The notes beneath the pieces are model-generated. The model did no database searches. It saw only the letters and a program-made list of their open reading frames with translations, and was not told the origin of the DNA. A DNA stretch of 64,000 nucleotides from Frankiales bacterium (GTDB lineage: Bacteria; Actinomycetota; Actinomycetes; JAFAQI01), in NCBI GenBank assembly GCA_025980465.1, contig JAICXJ010000003.1, forward strand, positions 47,549-111,548, given 5' to 3'. Below, piece after piece: positions 1 to 9,960 of this stretch (positions are counted from its first letter, which is position 1; each line of letters begins with the position of its first letter). The translations under genes were made by a program, and so were the position numbers.

Positions 1-155
1 TACGGGCCCAGCCGGACAGCCCCAGCTCGAGTGCTCGCGACCGGATCCACCAGCGCATCCCCACGCCCTGGACCCGCCCCCGCAGCCATACCGTGAGCCG
101 GGCCGTCTCCGGCGGCGTCATCGCTGTCCAGACTGATGAGTCACCATCGACTGAG

Positions 156-1019
156 TCACCATCGACCGCTGTTCGGTCGCGGCTGACACTTCGGACACCG
201 GTACGACGATCGGTTGGTGAAGTGTTCCCGCACGATCGGGGTCCCGCAGCGCGAGCAGGGCTGGTCGTCGCGCCCGTAGACCTCCAGTGAGCGATCGAAC
301 CAGCCACTCTCACCGTTCACTGCGACATAAAGCGCATCGAAGGAGGTGCCGCCGGCAGCGATTGCCTCGCGAAGGACCACGAGGATGCCCTCGAGGAGCC
401 GGTCGACCTCGGCGCGCCGCAGCCGATCGGTCGCCCGCGCGTAGTGCAGCTTGGCCCGCCACAGCGCCTCATCGGCGTAGATGTTGCCGACGCCGGAGAT
501 CAGGGTCTGGTCGAGGATCGCTCGCTTCACTCCGGTACGTCGTCGCCGCAAAGCGGCGGAGAACGCGGCTGGATCAAATGCCGGCTCGAGTGGGTCGGGA
601 GCGACGTGCCGCAACTCCAGTGGCACGCCGTCGACCGTTACGCCCTCGTCCGCGAGCGCGAGCCCGCCGAAGGTGCGTTGGTCGTGGAAGCGCAGCTCCG
701 GTCCGCCGTCGTCGAAGCGGAACCGCGCCCGAAGGTGCGGCGCGACGGGCGAATCGCAGGCCAGCGCGAGGAACTGGCCGGACATCCCCAGGTGGGCCAG
801 CAGAGTGGCGCCGTCATCGAGGGGCAACCACAGGTACTTCCCGCGGCGTCGTGCCGCGATCACCTTCCGCCCGGACAACCGGCCCATGAAATCGGCCGGT
901 CCGAGCAGATGACGCCGCAACGTCCGCTCGCCGTGGACCTCGACCGAAACGATGCGCCGCCCCACCACCCATCGCTCGAGCCCGGCTCGGACTGTCTCTA
1001 CCTCCGGCAGCTCGGGCAT
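156..1019 (-). CDS. mutM: formamidopyrimidine-DNA glycosylase (Fpg/MutM)
   Basis: N-terminal MPELPEVE catalytic motif; C-terminal CxxC...CPKC zinc finger; 287 aa. Confidence 0.9.
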   Translation of the reverse strand: MPELPEVETVRAGLERWVVGRRIVSVEVHGERTLRRHLLGPADFMGRLSGRKVIAARRRGKYLWLPLDDGATLLAHLGMSGQFLALACDSPVAPHLRARFRFDDGGPELRFHDQRTFGGLALADEGVTVDGVPLELRHVAPDPLEPAFDPAAFSAALRRRRTGVKRAILDQTLISGVGNIYADEALWRAKLHYARATDRLRRAEVDRLLEGILVVLREAIAAGGTSFDALYVAVNGESGWFDRSLEVYGRDDQPCSRCGTPIVREHFTNRSSYRCPKCQPRPNSGRW

Positions 1020-1022
1020 GCC

Positions 1023-1781
1023 CTACGGCTGCGCTCCCTGGGACCGCGCCGCCTGACTTTGGGGAGCGTCGGCCTCGCCGTCCTCGGCGGACAGCGCGGT
1101 CCACGCCTGCTCGGCCGCTCGCTGCTCGGCTTCCTTCTTGCTCTTGCCGGTCCCTTCGCCGACCCCCTCGCCACCGACGATCGCGGTCGCGTGGAAGCTC
1201 TTCGAGTGATCCGGCCCGCTCTCGACAACGACGTATTCGGGCGCACCGAGTGAACGACCGGCCGACAGCTCCTGAAGCGAGGTCTTCCAGTCGAGTCCGG
1301 CGCCAAGACCGGCAGCGTCCTGCAGGGCGGTGGCGAACAACCGCAACACCAGGCTCCGGGTCGCCTCCATGCCACGGTCGAGGTAGTACGCCCCGATCAC
1401 CGCTTCGAGAGCGTCGGCCAGGATCGAGGACTTGTCGCGGCCACCGCTGGACTCCTCGCCGCGGCCGAGCCGCACGAAGCGGCCTACTTCGACGGCGCGG
1501 CCGATCTCGGCCAGCGCCCGGGCGTTGACGACTGCGGCGCGCAGTTTGGCGAGCTGCCCCTCCGGCAGGTCGGGGAAGCGCCGGTAGAGCTCCTCGGTGA
1601 TGACCACGCCGAGAACCGAGTCGCCGAGAAACTCCAACCGCTCGTTGGTCGGGACGCCGCCGTTCTCATAGGCGTAGGAACGGTGGGTGATGGCCAGCTC
1701 GATCGCCGCCCGGTCGACGTCGCCACCGAGTGCGTCGATCAGGGCGGCGACGTCCTCCCCGGCTCCGACCGGCTTGGCCAC
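1023..1781 (-). CDS. rnc: ribonuclease III
   Basis: RNase III signature [17 protein letters not shown] motif, C-terminal dsRBD-like region ([12 protein letters not shown]). Confidence 0.9.
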   Translation of the reverse strand: MAKPVGAGEDVAALIDALGGDVDRAAIELAITHRSYAYENGGVPTNERLEFLGDSVLGVVITEELYRRFPDLPEGQLAKLRAAVVNARALAEIGRAVEVGRFVRLGRGEESSGGRDKSSILADALEAVIGAYYLDRGMEATRSLVLRLFATALQDAAGLGAGLDWKTSLQELSAGRSLGAPEYVVVESGPDHSKSFHATAIVGGEGVGEGTGKSKKEAEQRAAEQAWTALSAEDGEADAPQSQAARSQGAQP

Positions 1782-1784
1782 GCG

Positions 1785-2048
1785 TTAGGCCTCGCTCAGC
1801 ACGCCGCCGTGCGCCACGACGTACTCCACGATGTCGCCGAGCCGACGCATCCGGCCGAGCGAGGCGTCGTCGATGTGCAGGGCCACGCCGGCAGTGGCAA
1901 GATCAGCTTCGACGACGTCAGCAATGCTGACCCGGGCCAACGAGTCGGCGCCGAGCGCCGCCAAATCCGTCGCGGCATCCAGCTCTGCCGGGTCCACCCC
2001 GCAGACCAGCGCGACCGCGCTTCGGACGGCGTCCAGCGGTGCGGTCAT
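1785..2048 (-). CDS. small acyl-carrier-protein-like (phosphopantetheine-binding) protein
   Basis: LGADSL serine motif and ACP-like helix pattern. Start placed at the internal ATG (2048) because the longer ORF to 2114 would overlap rpmF. Confidence 0.5.
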   Translation of the reverse strand: MTAPLDAVRSAVALVCGVDPAELDAATDLAALGADSLARVSIADVVEADLATAGVALHIDDASLGRMRRLGDIVEYVVAHGGVLSEA

Positions 2049-2058
2049 GGCTGTCGAT

Positions 2059-2232
2059 TCAGACCGGGACGACCTGGCGGTCGTTGTAGGTGCCGCAGAC
2101 GCTGCAGGCAGCATGCGGCAGCTTGGGCTGACGGCAGCGGGGGCAGTCGACGAGGGTCGGCGCCGCGGCCTTCCACTGCGAGCGGCGCGAACGCGTGTTG
2201 CTGCGCGACATTCGGCGCTTGGGGACGGCCAC
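2059..2232 (-). CDS. rpmF: 50S ribosomal protein L32
   Basis: Hand translation from a GTG start gives [57 protein letters not shown] (57 aa, CxxC...CxxC). Absent from the ORF track, which only lists ORFs of 60 aa or more. Confidence 0.85.
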   Translation of the reverse strand: MAVPKRRMSRSNTRSRRSQWKAAAPTLVDCPRCRQPKLPHAACSVCGTYNDRQVVPV

Positions 2233-2234
2233 GA

Positions 2235-2855
2235 TCAACTCTCCTGTGTCTTCGGGTCTGCGGCGCCTGGCACGTCCGCAGGTGATGTCTTCCCATTATC
2301 GTCCGGATCCGTCGATGGTGGGGTCAAGCCCGCCAACGCAGCCCACCGAAGGTCGATCTGGTCGTGACGGTGCTCCGACCCGACCTCGGCGAGCCGCGCC
2401 CCGCAACCCGAGCACAGCCCGGGGCAATCCTCGTCACAGACCGGATTGAGCGGAAGTGCGAGAAGCACGGCGTCACGGAGCAATCCCGCCAGGTCGATGA
2501 GGTCGCCGTCGAGCGTCGATGCCTCCTCATCCTCCGGGTCGGGCTGGTAGCTGAACAGCTCCTGGATCGCAGCGCTGAGCTCGGTCCGGATCGGTTCGAG
2601 GCAGCGGCCGCACTCAGCGCTGAGCGGTGCGGTGACGGTGCCGCTGACGAGGACGCCGTCCATCACCGACTCCAGCCGAAGATCGAGCTCAACCGGTGAG
2701 CCGGGCGGCACCTTGACGAGCTCCAGGCCCCAGTCCGGCGGCGCGGACAGCTGCCGGCGTACCTCTCGCATCGAGCCGGCCCGACGGCCCAGCTCGTGGG
2801 TGTCGAGTACGAACTCGGAGTGCGGGTCGAGGTGGTGGGACGGGCGGGAGCGCAC
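2235..2855 (-). CDS. YceD/DUF177 family protein
   Basis: Sits upstream of rpmF in the same orientation, the conserved DUF177-rpmF pairing; paired CxxC motifs (CGRC, CSGC). Confidence 0.75.
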   Translation of the reverse strand: MRSRPSHHLDPHSEFVLDTHELGRRAGSMREVRRQLSAPPDWGLELVKVPPGSPVELDLRLESVMDGVLVSGTVTAPLSAECGRCLEPIRTELSAAIQELFSYQPDPEDEEASTLDGDLIDLAGLLRDAVLLALPLNPVCDEDCPGLCSGCGARLAEVGSEHRHDQIDLRWAALAGLTPPSTDPDDNGKTSPADVPGAADPKTQES

Positions 2856-2895
2856 GTCGATCCAGGCTAGCCGGGTCCGGCAACTGCTGGCGGGC

Positions 2896-3393
2896 CTAGC
2901 CGGGGAGGGGTTCGGCCAGCTCGTCGGAGTCGGCGAGGTCCTCGAGCTCGTGCCGACCGTTGATCTTGTCGCGGCCGTGCTCGACAGCTGACAAGGTGCG
3001 ATGCAGGACGATCTCGAAGTTGGCGAGCTTCGCGTCGACGTAGTCGTCGACCTCGCGTCGCATCCGTTCCGCCTCAGCTTGCGCGGCGGTCACGAGCCGC
3101 TCAGCCTCGCGGGTGGCTTCCTTGACCACCTCGGAGCGAGAGATCAGCTTGGCGCGGCTCGCCTCGGCCTCGTCGAGGATGGCCTGTGCCTCGACCCGGC
3201 CCTCCTCGAGCACCGCGGCACGGTCACGCAGCACACCACGCGCCTTCGTCAGCTCGCCCGGCAGCGAGGCCCGCAGCGCCTCGATCGCCTCGACCATCTC
3301 GGATCGGTTGACGATGCACGACGCTGACATCGGCATCGCGCGGGCGTTCTCGACCATCGCCACGAGTTCGTCGAGCTTGTCGGTGATGCTCAC
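2896..3393 (-). CDS. conserved coiled-coil protein (ATP synthase b-like/DivIVA-like)
   Basis: Long Ala/Glu/Arg-rich coiled-coil region. Start set at GTG 3393, preceded by GGAAGG; the N-terminal extension to 3510 looks non-coding. Confidence 0.55.
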   Translation of the reverse strand: MSITDKLDELVAMVENARAMPMSASCIVNRSEMVEAIEALRASLPGELTKARGVLRDRAAVLEEGRVEAQAILDEAEASRAKLISRSEVVKEATREAERLVTAAQAEAERMRREVDDYVDAKLANFEIVLHRTLSAVEHGRDKINGRHELEDLADSDELAEPLPG

Positions 3394-3418
3394 CTTCCGC
3401 CCTTCTGACCCGTGGTGG

Positions 3419-3895
3419 TTAGGTGCCGAGCCGCTCCCGCAGCCGGCGGAGGACAGGCTCGGGCACCAAGCCCGAGATGTCTCCTCCGTAGGTCGCAACC
3501 TCCTTGACAAGGCTCGACGACAAGAAACTGTAATGCGGGTCCGCTGGCATGAACAACGTGTCGACCGACGCGAGCGATCGATTCATCTGTCCCATCTGCA
3601 ACTCGTAATCGAAGTCGCTGACCGCTCGAAGCCCCTTCACGATCGCGGAGATGTCATGCGCCACGCAGAACTTCACCAACAAGCCGCGGAAGACGTCGAC
3701 CTTGACGTTGCCGAGATGCGCCGTCGCCTCTTGGATCATCTCGACGCGCTCGTCAGGCTCGAATAGCCGGTTCTTCGACTGGTTGATCCCGACCGCGACG
3801 ACGATCTCGTCGAACAGGTTGCTGGCTCGTTCGATCACGTCGAGGTGGCCGTTGGTGATCGGGTCGAACGAGCCCGGACACACCGCCCGCCTCAT
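3419..3895 (-). CDS. coaD: phosphopantetheine adenylyltransferase
   Basis: GSFDPITNGHLD nucleotidyltransferase motif; 159 aa from MRRAVCPG. Confidence 0.9.
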   Translation of the reverse strand: MRRAVCPGSFDPITNGHLDVIERASNLFDEIVVAVGINQSKNRLFEPDERVEMIQEATAHLGNVKVDVFRGLLVKFCVAHDISAIVKGLRAVSDFDYELQMGQMNRSLASVDTLFMPADPHYSFLSSSLVKEVATYGGDISGLVPEPVLRRLRERLGT

Positions 3896-3911
3896 TCGCG
3901 GGACACCCGCC

Positions 3912-4463
3912 TCATGAGGCGCGACCGTACCAGAGCGTGGCGTCGCCGTACCTCCTGGATTTGAGCGCGGTGATGCCTGCGGGCCAGCTGAGCGCGGCGT
4001 CGCGGCTGGCGCGCTCGACACACACCACGCTTTCCGGGGCCAGCCATCCCCCGCCCGCCAGCGACACCAGGTCCGGCTCGATCGGCTCCGCGTACGGCGG
4101 ATCGGCGAACACGACGTCGAACGCGGTGGGCGGCTCACCGGCGAGGAACTGGGCCACCGTCATGGCTCGAATGGACACCCCGGTCAGCGCCAGCGCCTCG
4201 ACATTCGACCGCAGCACGCTCAGCGCGGCGGCGGCGCGCTCGACCAGCACCACCTCGGTAGCGCCGCGGCTTGCCGCTTCCAGACCGACTGCGCCCGATC
4301 CGGCGTAGAGGTCGAGGAACGAGCGGCCCGCGAGATGGCCCAGCAGCGAGTCGATCGTCGAGAACAGTCCTTCGCGGGTACGCGCCGAGGTGGGCCGGGT
4401 CGTCGCGCCCACCGGCATGCTCAGCCGCCGGCCACCGGCCGATCCCCCGATCACGCGACTCAC
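3912..4463 (-). CDS. rsmD: 16S rRNA (guanine966-N2)-methyltransferase RsmD
   Basis: FADPPY motif and IGGSAGGRRL N-terminus. Start trimmed to a GTG downstream of the recG stop. Confidence 0.8.
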   Translation of the reverse strand: MSRVIGGSAGGRRLSMPVGATTRPTSARTREGLFSTIDSLLGHLAGRSFLDLYAGSGAVGLEAASRGATEVVLVERAAAALSVLRSNVEALALTGVSIRAMTVAQFLAGEPPTAFDVVFADPPYAEPIEPDLVSLAGGGWLAPESVVCVERASRDAALSWPAGITALKSRRYGDATLWYGRAS

Positions 4464-4476
4464 CTCCGCCGCCCGG

Positions 4477-6618
4477 TCATGACTTGTCCAGGTAGTCGGC
4501 GGACTCATCATCGACCAGCAACTTGGCGGCGAGGGCAAGGCCGGGACTGCGGTCCAACAGTGGGTCGGCGGCCACCAGTTCCCGGGCGTCGTCACGGGCC
4601 TGCGCGATCACCTGTTCATCTCGCAGCACCTGCAGCATCTTCAGCGTCCGCCGAGACCCCGACTGCCGCTCACCCAGCACGTCGCCTTCCCTACGCTGCT
4701 CGAGATCGAGCCGGGCAAGTTCGAAACCATCGAGCGTCGCGGCCACACCGCCAAGCCGCTCGCGCGCCGGTGAGCCCTCGTCGGCGTGAGTGATCAGAAG
4801 GCAGATCCCCGGGTGGTCGCCGCGGCCGACCCGGCCGCGCAACTGGTGGAGCTGCGAGATGCCGAACCGATCGGCGTCCAGCACGATCATCGCCGTCGCG
4901 TTGGCCACGTCGACCCCGACCTCGATCACCGTCGTCGCGACGAGGAGGTCGATCGCGCCGCCCGCGAACCGGCGCATCACGTCGTCCTTCTCCTCCGCCG
5001 GTAGCCGGCCGTGGAGAACTCCGATCCGTACGTCGGACAGCGGTCCCTCAGCTGCGAGCTGCGACGCGATCTCCTCGACGGATGCGGCCTGGGCCCACGA
5101 GGGGTTGTCGGGGAGCGGGTTGTCGGCGTCGGTCGCGTCGATCCGCGGGCAGACCACGTACACCTGCCGGCCGTTGTCGATCTCCTCCCGGGCCCGCTCC
5201 CAGGTCCGCCGCAGCCAATGAGGTTTCTCGCTGACCGGAACCACTGTCGTCTCGATCGGCTGCCGACCGGCGGGCAGCTCGGCCAAGGTCGAGGTCTCGA
5301 GGTCACCGAAGACCGTCATGGCCACGGTCCGAGGAATCGGCGTCGCTGTCATGACCAGGACATGCGGCGGGGTCGGCGCCTTCGAGCGCAAGGCATCGCG
5401 CTGCTCGACGCCGAACCGGTGTTGCTCGTCCACGACGACCAGACCCAAGTCGAAGAACTGGACGGTGTTCTCCAACAGCGCGTGAGTACCGATCACGATG
5501 CCGGCGTTGCCGACGCCGATGTCGAGCAGCGCCTCCCGCCGCGCCGCAGCCCCCATCGACCCGGTGACCAGCGCGACAGTCGTGGACTCCTCGGCGGCAC
5601 CGAGCTGGCCCTGCTGCCCGAGCGGGCCGAGCAGCGCCTCGATCGACCGGGCATGCTGCTGAGCGAGCACCTCAGTCGGGGCGAGCAGGGCGGCCTGGCC
5701 ACCCGAGTCGACGACCGCGAGCATCGCGCGCAGCGCGACGACGGTCTTGCCGGAGCCGACCTCGCCCTGGAGCAACCGGTGCATCGGCACCGGACGGGCG
5801 AGGTCGGACATCAGCTCCTCGGACACTGCCCGCTGCCCAGCGGTGAGGGTGAACGGAAGCTGGGCGTCGAATGCCGCCAGCAACCCGCCCGCGCGCGGCG
5901 CTCGCGGTGTCGCCGGCTCGAGCGCAGCGAGATGCCGGCGCTGCGCCAGGACGACCTGAACGACGAAGGCCTCGTCGAACCGAAGGCGCTTGCGGGCCTC
6001 GGCGACCTGGTCCCAGTCCTCCGGCCGGTGGATCCAGCGCATCGCCTGGTCGATCGAGATCAGCTTGTGACGCTGACGGATCTCCTCGGGCAGGGTCTCG
6101 GGCAGGTCGACCACATCGAGCGCGGTGCGGACCGCTTTGCGGATCGTCCAGGTCCGCATCTTGGCGGTGGCCGGGTAGACCGGCATCAGCTTCCCCGCAT
6201 CACCGAGAAACGCATCCGCGTCCTCAGCGACCTCGGGTTGCTTGAGCTGCAGCTTCCCCCGAAACGACTCGATCTCGCCCGACATGACGATCTCGTCGCC
6301 TTCTTCGAGCTTCTTTGCCAGATAGGGCCGGTTGAACAACGTCGCGGTCAACCGGCCGGTGCCGTCCGTCACGACGATGTCAGTCTTGTGAAGCTTCGGG
6401 CGCAGCCTGACCGCGCTGATCTTCACGATCTTGACCTGGATGGTCGCCTGCTCGCCCACCCGCAGCTCGGCCAGGTTGGTGAGCTGCCCCCGCTCGTAAT
6501 ACCGCCTGGGATAGTGGCGGAGCAGATCCCCGGCGGTCTCGATGCCCAGCGACGACACCAGAATCGTGCCGGTCTTGTGACCGACGACGTCCCGGACCTT
6601 CGCGGACTGACTCACCAC
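4477..6618 (-). CDS. recG: ATP-dependent DNA helicase RecG
   Basis: Wedge domain followed by a helicase core (GSGKT Walker A, DEQHRFG); 713 aa. Confidence 0.9.
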   Translation of the reverse strand: MVSQSAKVRDVVGHKTGTILVSSLGIETAGDLLRHYPRRYYERGQLTNLAELRVGEQATIQVKIVKISAVRLRPKLHKTDIVVTDGTGRLTATLFNRPYLAKKLEEGDEIVMSGEIESFRGKLQLKQPEVAEDADAFLGDAGKLMPVYPATAKMRTWTIRKAVRTALDVVDLPETLPEEIRQRHKLISIDQAMRWIHRPEDWDQVAEARKRLRFDEAFVVQVVLAQRRHLAALEPATPRAPRAGGLLAAFDAQLPFTLTAGQRAVSEELMSDLARPVPMHRLLQGEVGSGKTVVALRAMLAVVDSGGQAALLAPTEVLAQQHARSIEALLGPLGQQGQLGAAEESTTVALVTGSMGAAARREALLDIGVGNAGIVIGTHALLENTVQFFDLGLVVVDEQHRFGVEQRDALRSKAPTPPHVLVMTATPIPRTVAMTVFGDLETSTLAELPAGRQPIETTVVPVSEKPHWLRRTWERAREEIDNGRQVYVVCPRIDATDADNPLPDNPSWAQAASVEEIASQLAAEGPLSDVRIGVLHGRLPAEEKDDVMRRFAGGAIDLLVATTVIEVGVDVANATAMIVLDADRFGISQLHQLRGRVGRGDHPGICLLITHADEGSPARERLGGVAATLDGFELARLDLEQRREGDVLGERQSGSRRTLKMLQVLRDEQVIAQARDDARELVAADPLLDRSPGLALAAKLLVDDESADYLDKS

Positions 6619-6686
6619 CGAGGGAACTGTAAGGGCGCTGCGCGACGTTTTTGAGTCGGCCCGCGCACCCGGGCTACCCTGGCGCC

Positions 6687-6875
6687 GTGGCAGCTGTGTG
6701 TGATGTGTGTGGCAAGGGTCCCGGGTTCGGCATGAACGTGTCGCACTCGCACCGTCGCACCCGCCGTCGTTTCAACCCGAACATCCAGCCGGTGCGAGCC
6801 GTCGTGGGTCGCGGCACCCGCAAGAAGCTCAACGTCTGCACCTCCTGCATCAAGGCCGGCAAAGTCACCCGCTAG
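6687..6875 (+). CDS. rpmB: 50S ribosomal protein L28
   Basis: [15 protein letters not shown]...HSHRRT...[10 protein letters not shown]; GTG start at 6687 inside the listed ORF. Confidence 0.85.
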   Translation: MAAVCDVCGKGPGFGMNVSHSHRRTRRRFNPNIQPVRAVVGRGTRKKLNVCTSCIKAGKVTR

Positions 6876-6878
6876 CAG

Positions 6879-7358
6879 CTAGTCGAGGTTCGCGAGGTTC
6901 TTCGCGAAGCTGAGCGCCAGCGGGGCGTGCGCGTAGTGGCCGTAGCCGTCGATCTGCTGGAAACCCGACGTCTGGTAGAGCCTGATCGCCTCCGGCTGCG
7001 CCTGACCGGTCTCCAGGACGACACGGGTGGCGCCCATCGCCCTGGCGCGATCCTCGAGCGCGGCGAGCATGAGGCGGGACAGCCCGACCCGCCTGGCGGC
7101 CGGGACGACATACATCCGCTTGATCTCGACGTCGGACCCGCCCCGCCGCCGCAGCCCGCCGCTCGCGACCGGCTCGCCGTCGAGGTAGCCGACGAGGAAC
7201 AGTCCGTCCGGCACCGCGAACTCGCTCGCGTCGATCGGTGAGTCGTCAGGACCGCCGTACCTCACGACGTACTCGGCCTGGACTTCCGCGATCAACCGCT
7301 GCGCGCTGGAGCTGTCGTAAGGCTCGTCGCGGATCTCGAAGCGCGACTCGTCAGTCAC
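6879..7358 (-). CDS. GNAT family N-acetyltransferase
   Basis: Acetyl-CoA binding-like RRVGLSRLMLAALE motif; 159 aa. Confidence 0.75.
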   Translation of the reverse strand: MTDESRFEIRDEPYDSSSAQRLIAEVQAEYVVRYGGPDDSPIDASEFAVPDGLFLVGYLDGEPVASGGLRRRGGSDVEIKRMYVVPAARRVGLSRLMLAALEDRARAMGATRVVLETGQAQPEAIRLYQTSGFQQIDGYGHYAHAPLALSFAKNLANLD

Positions 7359-7364
7359 GCCACC

Positions 7365-8156
7365 TCACTCACCCAGCGCCCAGCCGTGATCGACCGGACC
7401 GATGCCGGAGCCGAGCGGGAACCCGCCGCGAATCGCACCGCTGACGTAGTCCTTCGCCCGGGTCACAGCATCGAGCATCGTCGCGCCTCTCGCGAGGTAC
7501 GACGCGATCGCCGACGCCAGCGTGCAACCGGTCCCGTGGGTGTGCACGGTCTCGATGCGCTCACTCCTGAGCTCACGCACCTCAGCGCCGTCGGTGAGCA
7601 GGTCGACGGCTTCGCCGGCGAGATGGCCACCTTTGACGAGCACCCACTGCGGGCCGAGAGCCAGCAGCGCCTCGGCCGCCCGCCGCTGACCGGCCGGGTC
7701 ATCGACCGTCAAACCGGTGAGCCGGGCAACCTCGGGCAGGTTCGGCGTCACGATCGTCGCGAGCGGAAGCAGCTCGCTGACCATCGCCTCGAGCGCCTCC
7801 GGGACGAGCAGCGGGTCACCGTGCTTCGACACGCACACCGGATCCACGACGATCGGTGCTTCGACGTCCGCGAGCAGCTTCGCGACGACCCCGACCAGAT
7901 CCGGCGAGGCCAGCATCCCGGTCTTCACGGCGTCGACTCCGATGTCACCCAGCACGGCGGCGAGCTGGGCCGCCACTGCCCCGGCCGGCAGCTCCCAGTA
8001 GCCGTGTACCCCGGTCGAGTTCTGAGCGGTCACCGCGGTGACGACGCTCATCCCGTGAACCCCGAGGGCCAGCATCGTCTTGAGGTCCGCCTGGATGCCG
8101 GCGCCGCCGCCGGAGTCGGATCCGGCGACGGTGAGAACACGCGGCGGGGTCGGCAC
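7365..8156 (-). CDS. thiD: hydroxymethylpyrimidine/phosphomethylpyrimidine kinase
   Basis: [20 protein letters not shown] and [11 protein letters not shown] motifs. Start set at GTG 8156, downstream of the thiL stop. Confidence 0.85.
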   Translation of the reverse strand: MPTPPRVLTVAGSDSGGGAGIQADLKTMLALGVHGMSVVTAVTAQNSTGVHGYWELPAGAVAAQLAAVLGDIGVDAVKTGMLASPDLVGVVAKLLADVEAPIVVDPVCVSKHGDPLLVPEALEAMVSELLPLATIVTPNLPEVARLTGLTVDDPAGQRRAAEALLALGPQWVLVKGGHLAGEAVDLLTDGAEVRELRSERIETVHTHGTGCTLASAIASYLARGATMLDAVTRAKDYVSGAIRGGFPLGSGIGPVDHGWALGE

Positions 8157-8166
8157 GTCCTCCAGG

Positions 8167-9147
8167 CTACGAACGGAAGTGCTCGTGGCCAGCCGCTTTC
8201 GGCACCGGGCGGTCGACTGCAACTCCCGGCTCCTCGCCGCCCGGTACGGCGACGACCCGACCGATCCGTGGGATCGCGAGGTGGGACTCAGGCGGCACCG
8301 TCGCGGCGAAGCAATGATCGTCACCGCCGGCCACCACCCAGTCGAAGGCGTCGGCGCCGAGCGCGGCTGCCGCCGGCTCGAGAGCCGGGTCGATCGGCAG
8401 GTCGGCCGCCGTCAGTTCGATTCGCACCCCTGAGGCTTTCGCCAGGTGGCCGAGATCAGCGAGCAGTCCGTCGGAGACATCGATCATCGCTGTCGCCGCG
8501 GTCGCCAACGACAAGCCCGAGGCATAGTCGATGGTCGGACGGCGGTGTGCCTGGGTGAGTGGATGATCGAGCGTCCCGGAGCGAAGCAGGTCGAGACCCG
8601 CCGCCGCCCTTCCCGGCCAGCCGATCAGCACCACCACGTCGCCCGGGCGGGCGCCGGAGCGAGTCACCGGGTCACGACCCTGCAGGTCGCCGAGCGCGGT
8701 CCCTGCCACCACCACCACGTCGGCGGCGGTGACGTCGCCCCCAACGATCGACGCGCCAACCAGCGCCGCCTCGTCGCGCAGCCCGTCCGCGAGCGCCTCG
8801 GCCCACTCGATCGGTAGGTCGCCCGGCACCCCGAGGCCGACGAGGAGAGCGGTCGGCCGAGCGCCCATCGCCACGATGTCGGCGAGGTTCGCCGCAGCGG
8901 CGCGGCGCCCCACGTCGTATCCGGAGGACCAGTCCCGGCTGAAGTGGCGGCCCTCGACGAGCAGGTCAGTGCTGGCGACGACCCGGCCGTCGGCGGCGGT
9001 CACCACAGCAGCGTCGTCACCCGGCCCGAGGAGCACCTCGGGCTGCTGCGGGAGCCGAGCCACGACTCGCGCGATCAGTCCAAACTCGCCCTCGCGGGAA
9101 ACCGAGATGACACGCACTCCGTCCGGTCGGATACCGTCTGCATTCAC
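8167..9147 (-). CDS. thiL: thiamine-monophosphate kinase
   Basis: [10 protein letters not shown]-terminus and AIR-synthase-like fold motifs. The true start may be the internal GTG at VRVIS. Confidence 0.85.
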   Translation of the reverse strand: MNADGIRPDGVRVISVSREGEFGLIARVVARLPQQPEVLLGPGDDAAVVTAADGRVVASTDLLVEGRHFSRDWSSGYDVGRRAAAANLADIVAMGARPTALLVGLGVPGDLPIEWAEALADGLRDEAALVGASIVGGDVTAADVVVVAGTALGDLQGRDPVTRSGARPGDVVVLIGWPGRAAAGLDLLRSGTLDHPLTQAHRRPTIDYASGLSLATAATAMIDVSDGLLADLGHLAKASGVRIELTAADLPIDPALEPAAAALGADAFDWVVAGGDDHCFAATVPPESHLAIPRIGRVVAVPGGEEPGVAVDRPVPKAAGHEHFRS

Positions 9148-9172
9148 CCTGCAACGCTCACTCTTGTTGGGA

Positions 9173-9415
9173 GTGCCCGTGACAGTCCAGGCCTACATCC
9201 TGATCCAGACCGAAGTCGGCAAGGCAGCAGCGGTCGCTGCTGAGATCGCGAACATCAAGGGCGTGACCATGGCCGAGGACGTCACCGGTCCCTACGACGT
9301 CATCGTCCGAAGCGAGGCGCGCAGCGTCGACGAGCTCGGCAAGCTCGTCGTGGCCAAGGTCCAGGCGGTGCCCGGCATCACCCGTACCCTCACCTGCCCC
9401 GTGGTTCACCTGTAG
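9173..9415 (+). CDS. small Lrp/AsnC ligand-binding (RAM) domain protein
   Basis: About 80 aa with an AsnC C-terminal domain pattern (YILIQTEVGKAAAVAAEIANIKGV...). Only the 3' end of the 228-aa ORF is taken; the rest is antisense to thiL. Confidence 0.6.
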   Translation: MPVTVQAYILIQTEVGKAAAVAAEIANIKGVTMAEDVTGPYDVIVRSEARSVDELGKLVVAKVQAVPGITRTLTCPVVHL

Positions 9416-9445
9416 GGGAATCGTCTGAAGTCCTGCTACGCCGCT

Positions 9446-9883
9446 GTGGGTGCGGCGGCACTGGCGTGCGCTGCCTGCGCCCATGGCACCTTCACCGTCC
9501 AGCCACCCAATCCCAGCGGCCCGGTCCAGCAGCTGTGTGCGCATCTCGGTGACCAGCTGCCTGCGTCGCTCGGCTCGTTGAAGTCGCGGGTGGTCAGTCC
9601 TCGGTCGCCACTGACCCATGCCTGGGGATCGCCACCTGTCGTCCTGCGCTGCGGGGTCTCGGCGCCGCCCGGATACTCCCCGGCATCGTCGGCGACGACC
9701 GCGATCAACGGCGTGCGCTGGTACCAGGACGTGGGATCCGGTGAGGTGGTCTGGACAGCGATCCGTCCCGGCCCGACCAGCCGTTCGTCGGTGTTCGTCG
9801 AGCTGGCGGTGCCGAGGTCGTACCAGGCCCAGGGCGGCCTGCTGGTCGATCTTGCCGGCCCGATCAAGACGGCGATTCCCTAG
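9446..9883 (+). CDS. DUF3515-like exported/lipoprotein
   Basis: N-terminal LACAAC lipobox-like signal; conserved position between thiL and ddl. Confidence 0.55.
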   Translation: MGAAALACAACAHGTFTVQPPNPSGPVQQLCAHLGDQLPASLGSLKSRVVSPRSPLTHAWGSPPVVLRCGVSAPPGYSPASSATTAINGVRWYQDVGSGEVVWTAIRPGPTSRSSVFVELAVPRSYQAQGGLLVDLAGPIKTAIP

Positions 9884-9889
9884 GGAATC

Positions 9890-9939
9890 GCTGATTAATG
9901 CCGTCCGTCGCGACGCGCAGCAGGACAGTGCATTGATCA
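9890..9939. terminator. imperfect inverted repeat between convergent genes (candidate bidirectional terminator)
   Basis: ctgattaatgc ... gcattgatcag arms with one mismatch, plus an internal cgtcgcgacg palindrome. Confidence 0.35.
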
Positions 9940-9960
9940 GTGGTTTCCTAGCCGGGCCGG

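Noticed and set aside
93-290. 65-aa plus-strand ORF at the window start
   Set aside because: Overlaps the fpg 3' end on the opposite strand and spans the 15-bp tandem repeat. Low-complexity translation with no supporting signals.
1785-2114. Full 109-aa version of the ACP-like ORF
   Set aside because: The N-terminal 22 codons would overlap the rpmF coding sequence, which I decoded by hand. The internal ATG at 2048 gives a clean ACP-sized protein.
5011-6654. 547-aa plus-strand ORF
   Set aside because: Antisense to recG, with no recognisable domain.
7365-9147. TPP riboswitch expected near thiamine genes
   Set aside because: thiD and thiL are tightly packed with no upstream leader long enough, and I saw no CUGAGA/ACCUGAUCUGGAUAAUGCCAGCGUAGGGAA-like core. 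None is called.
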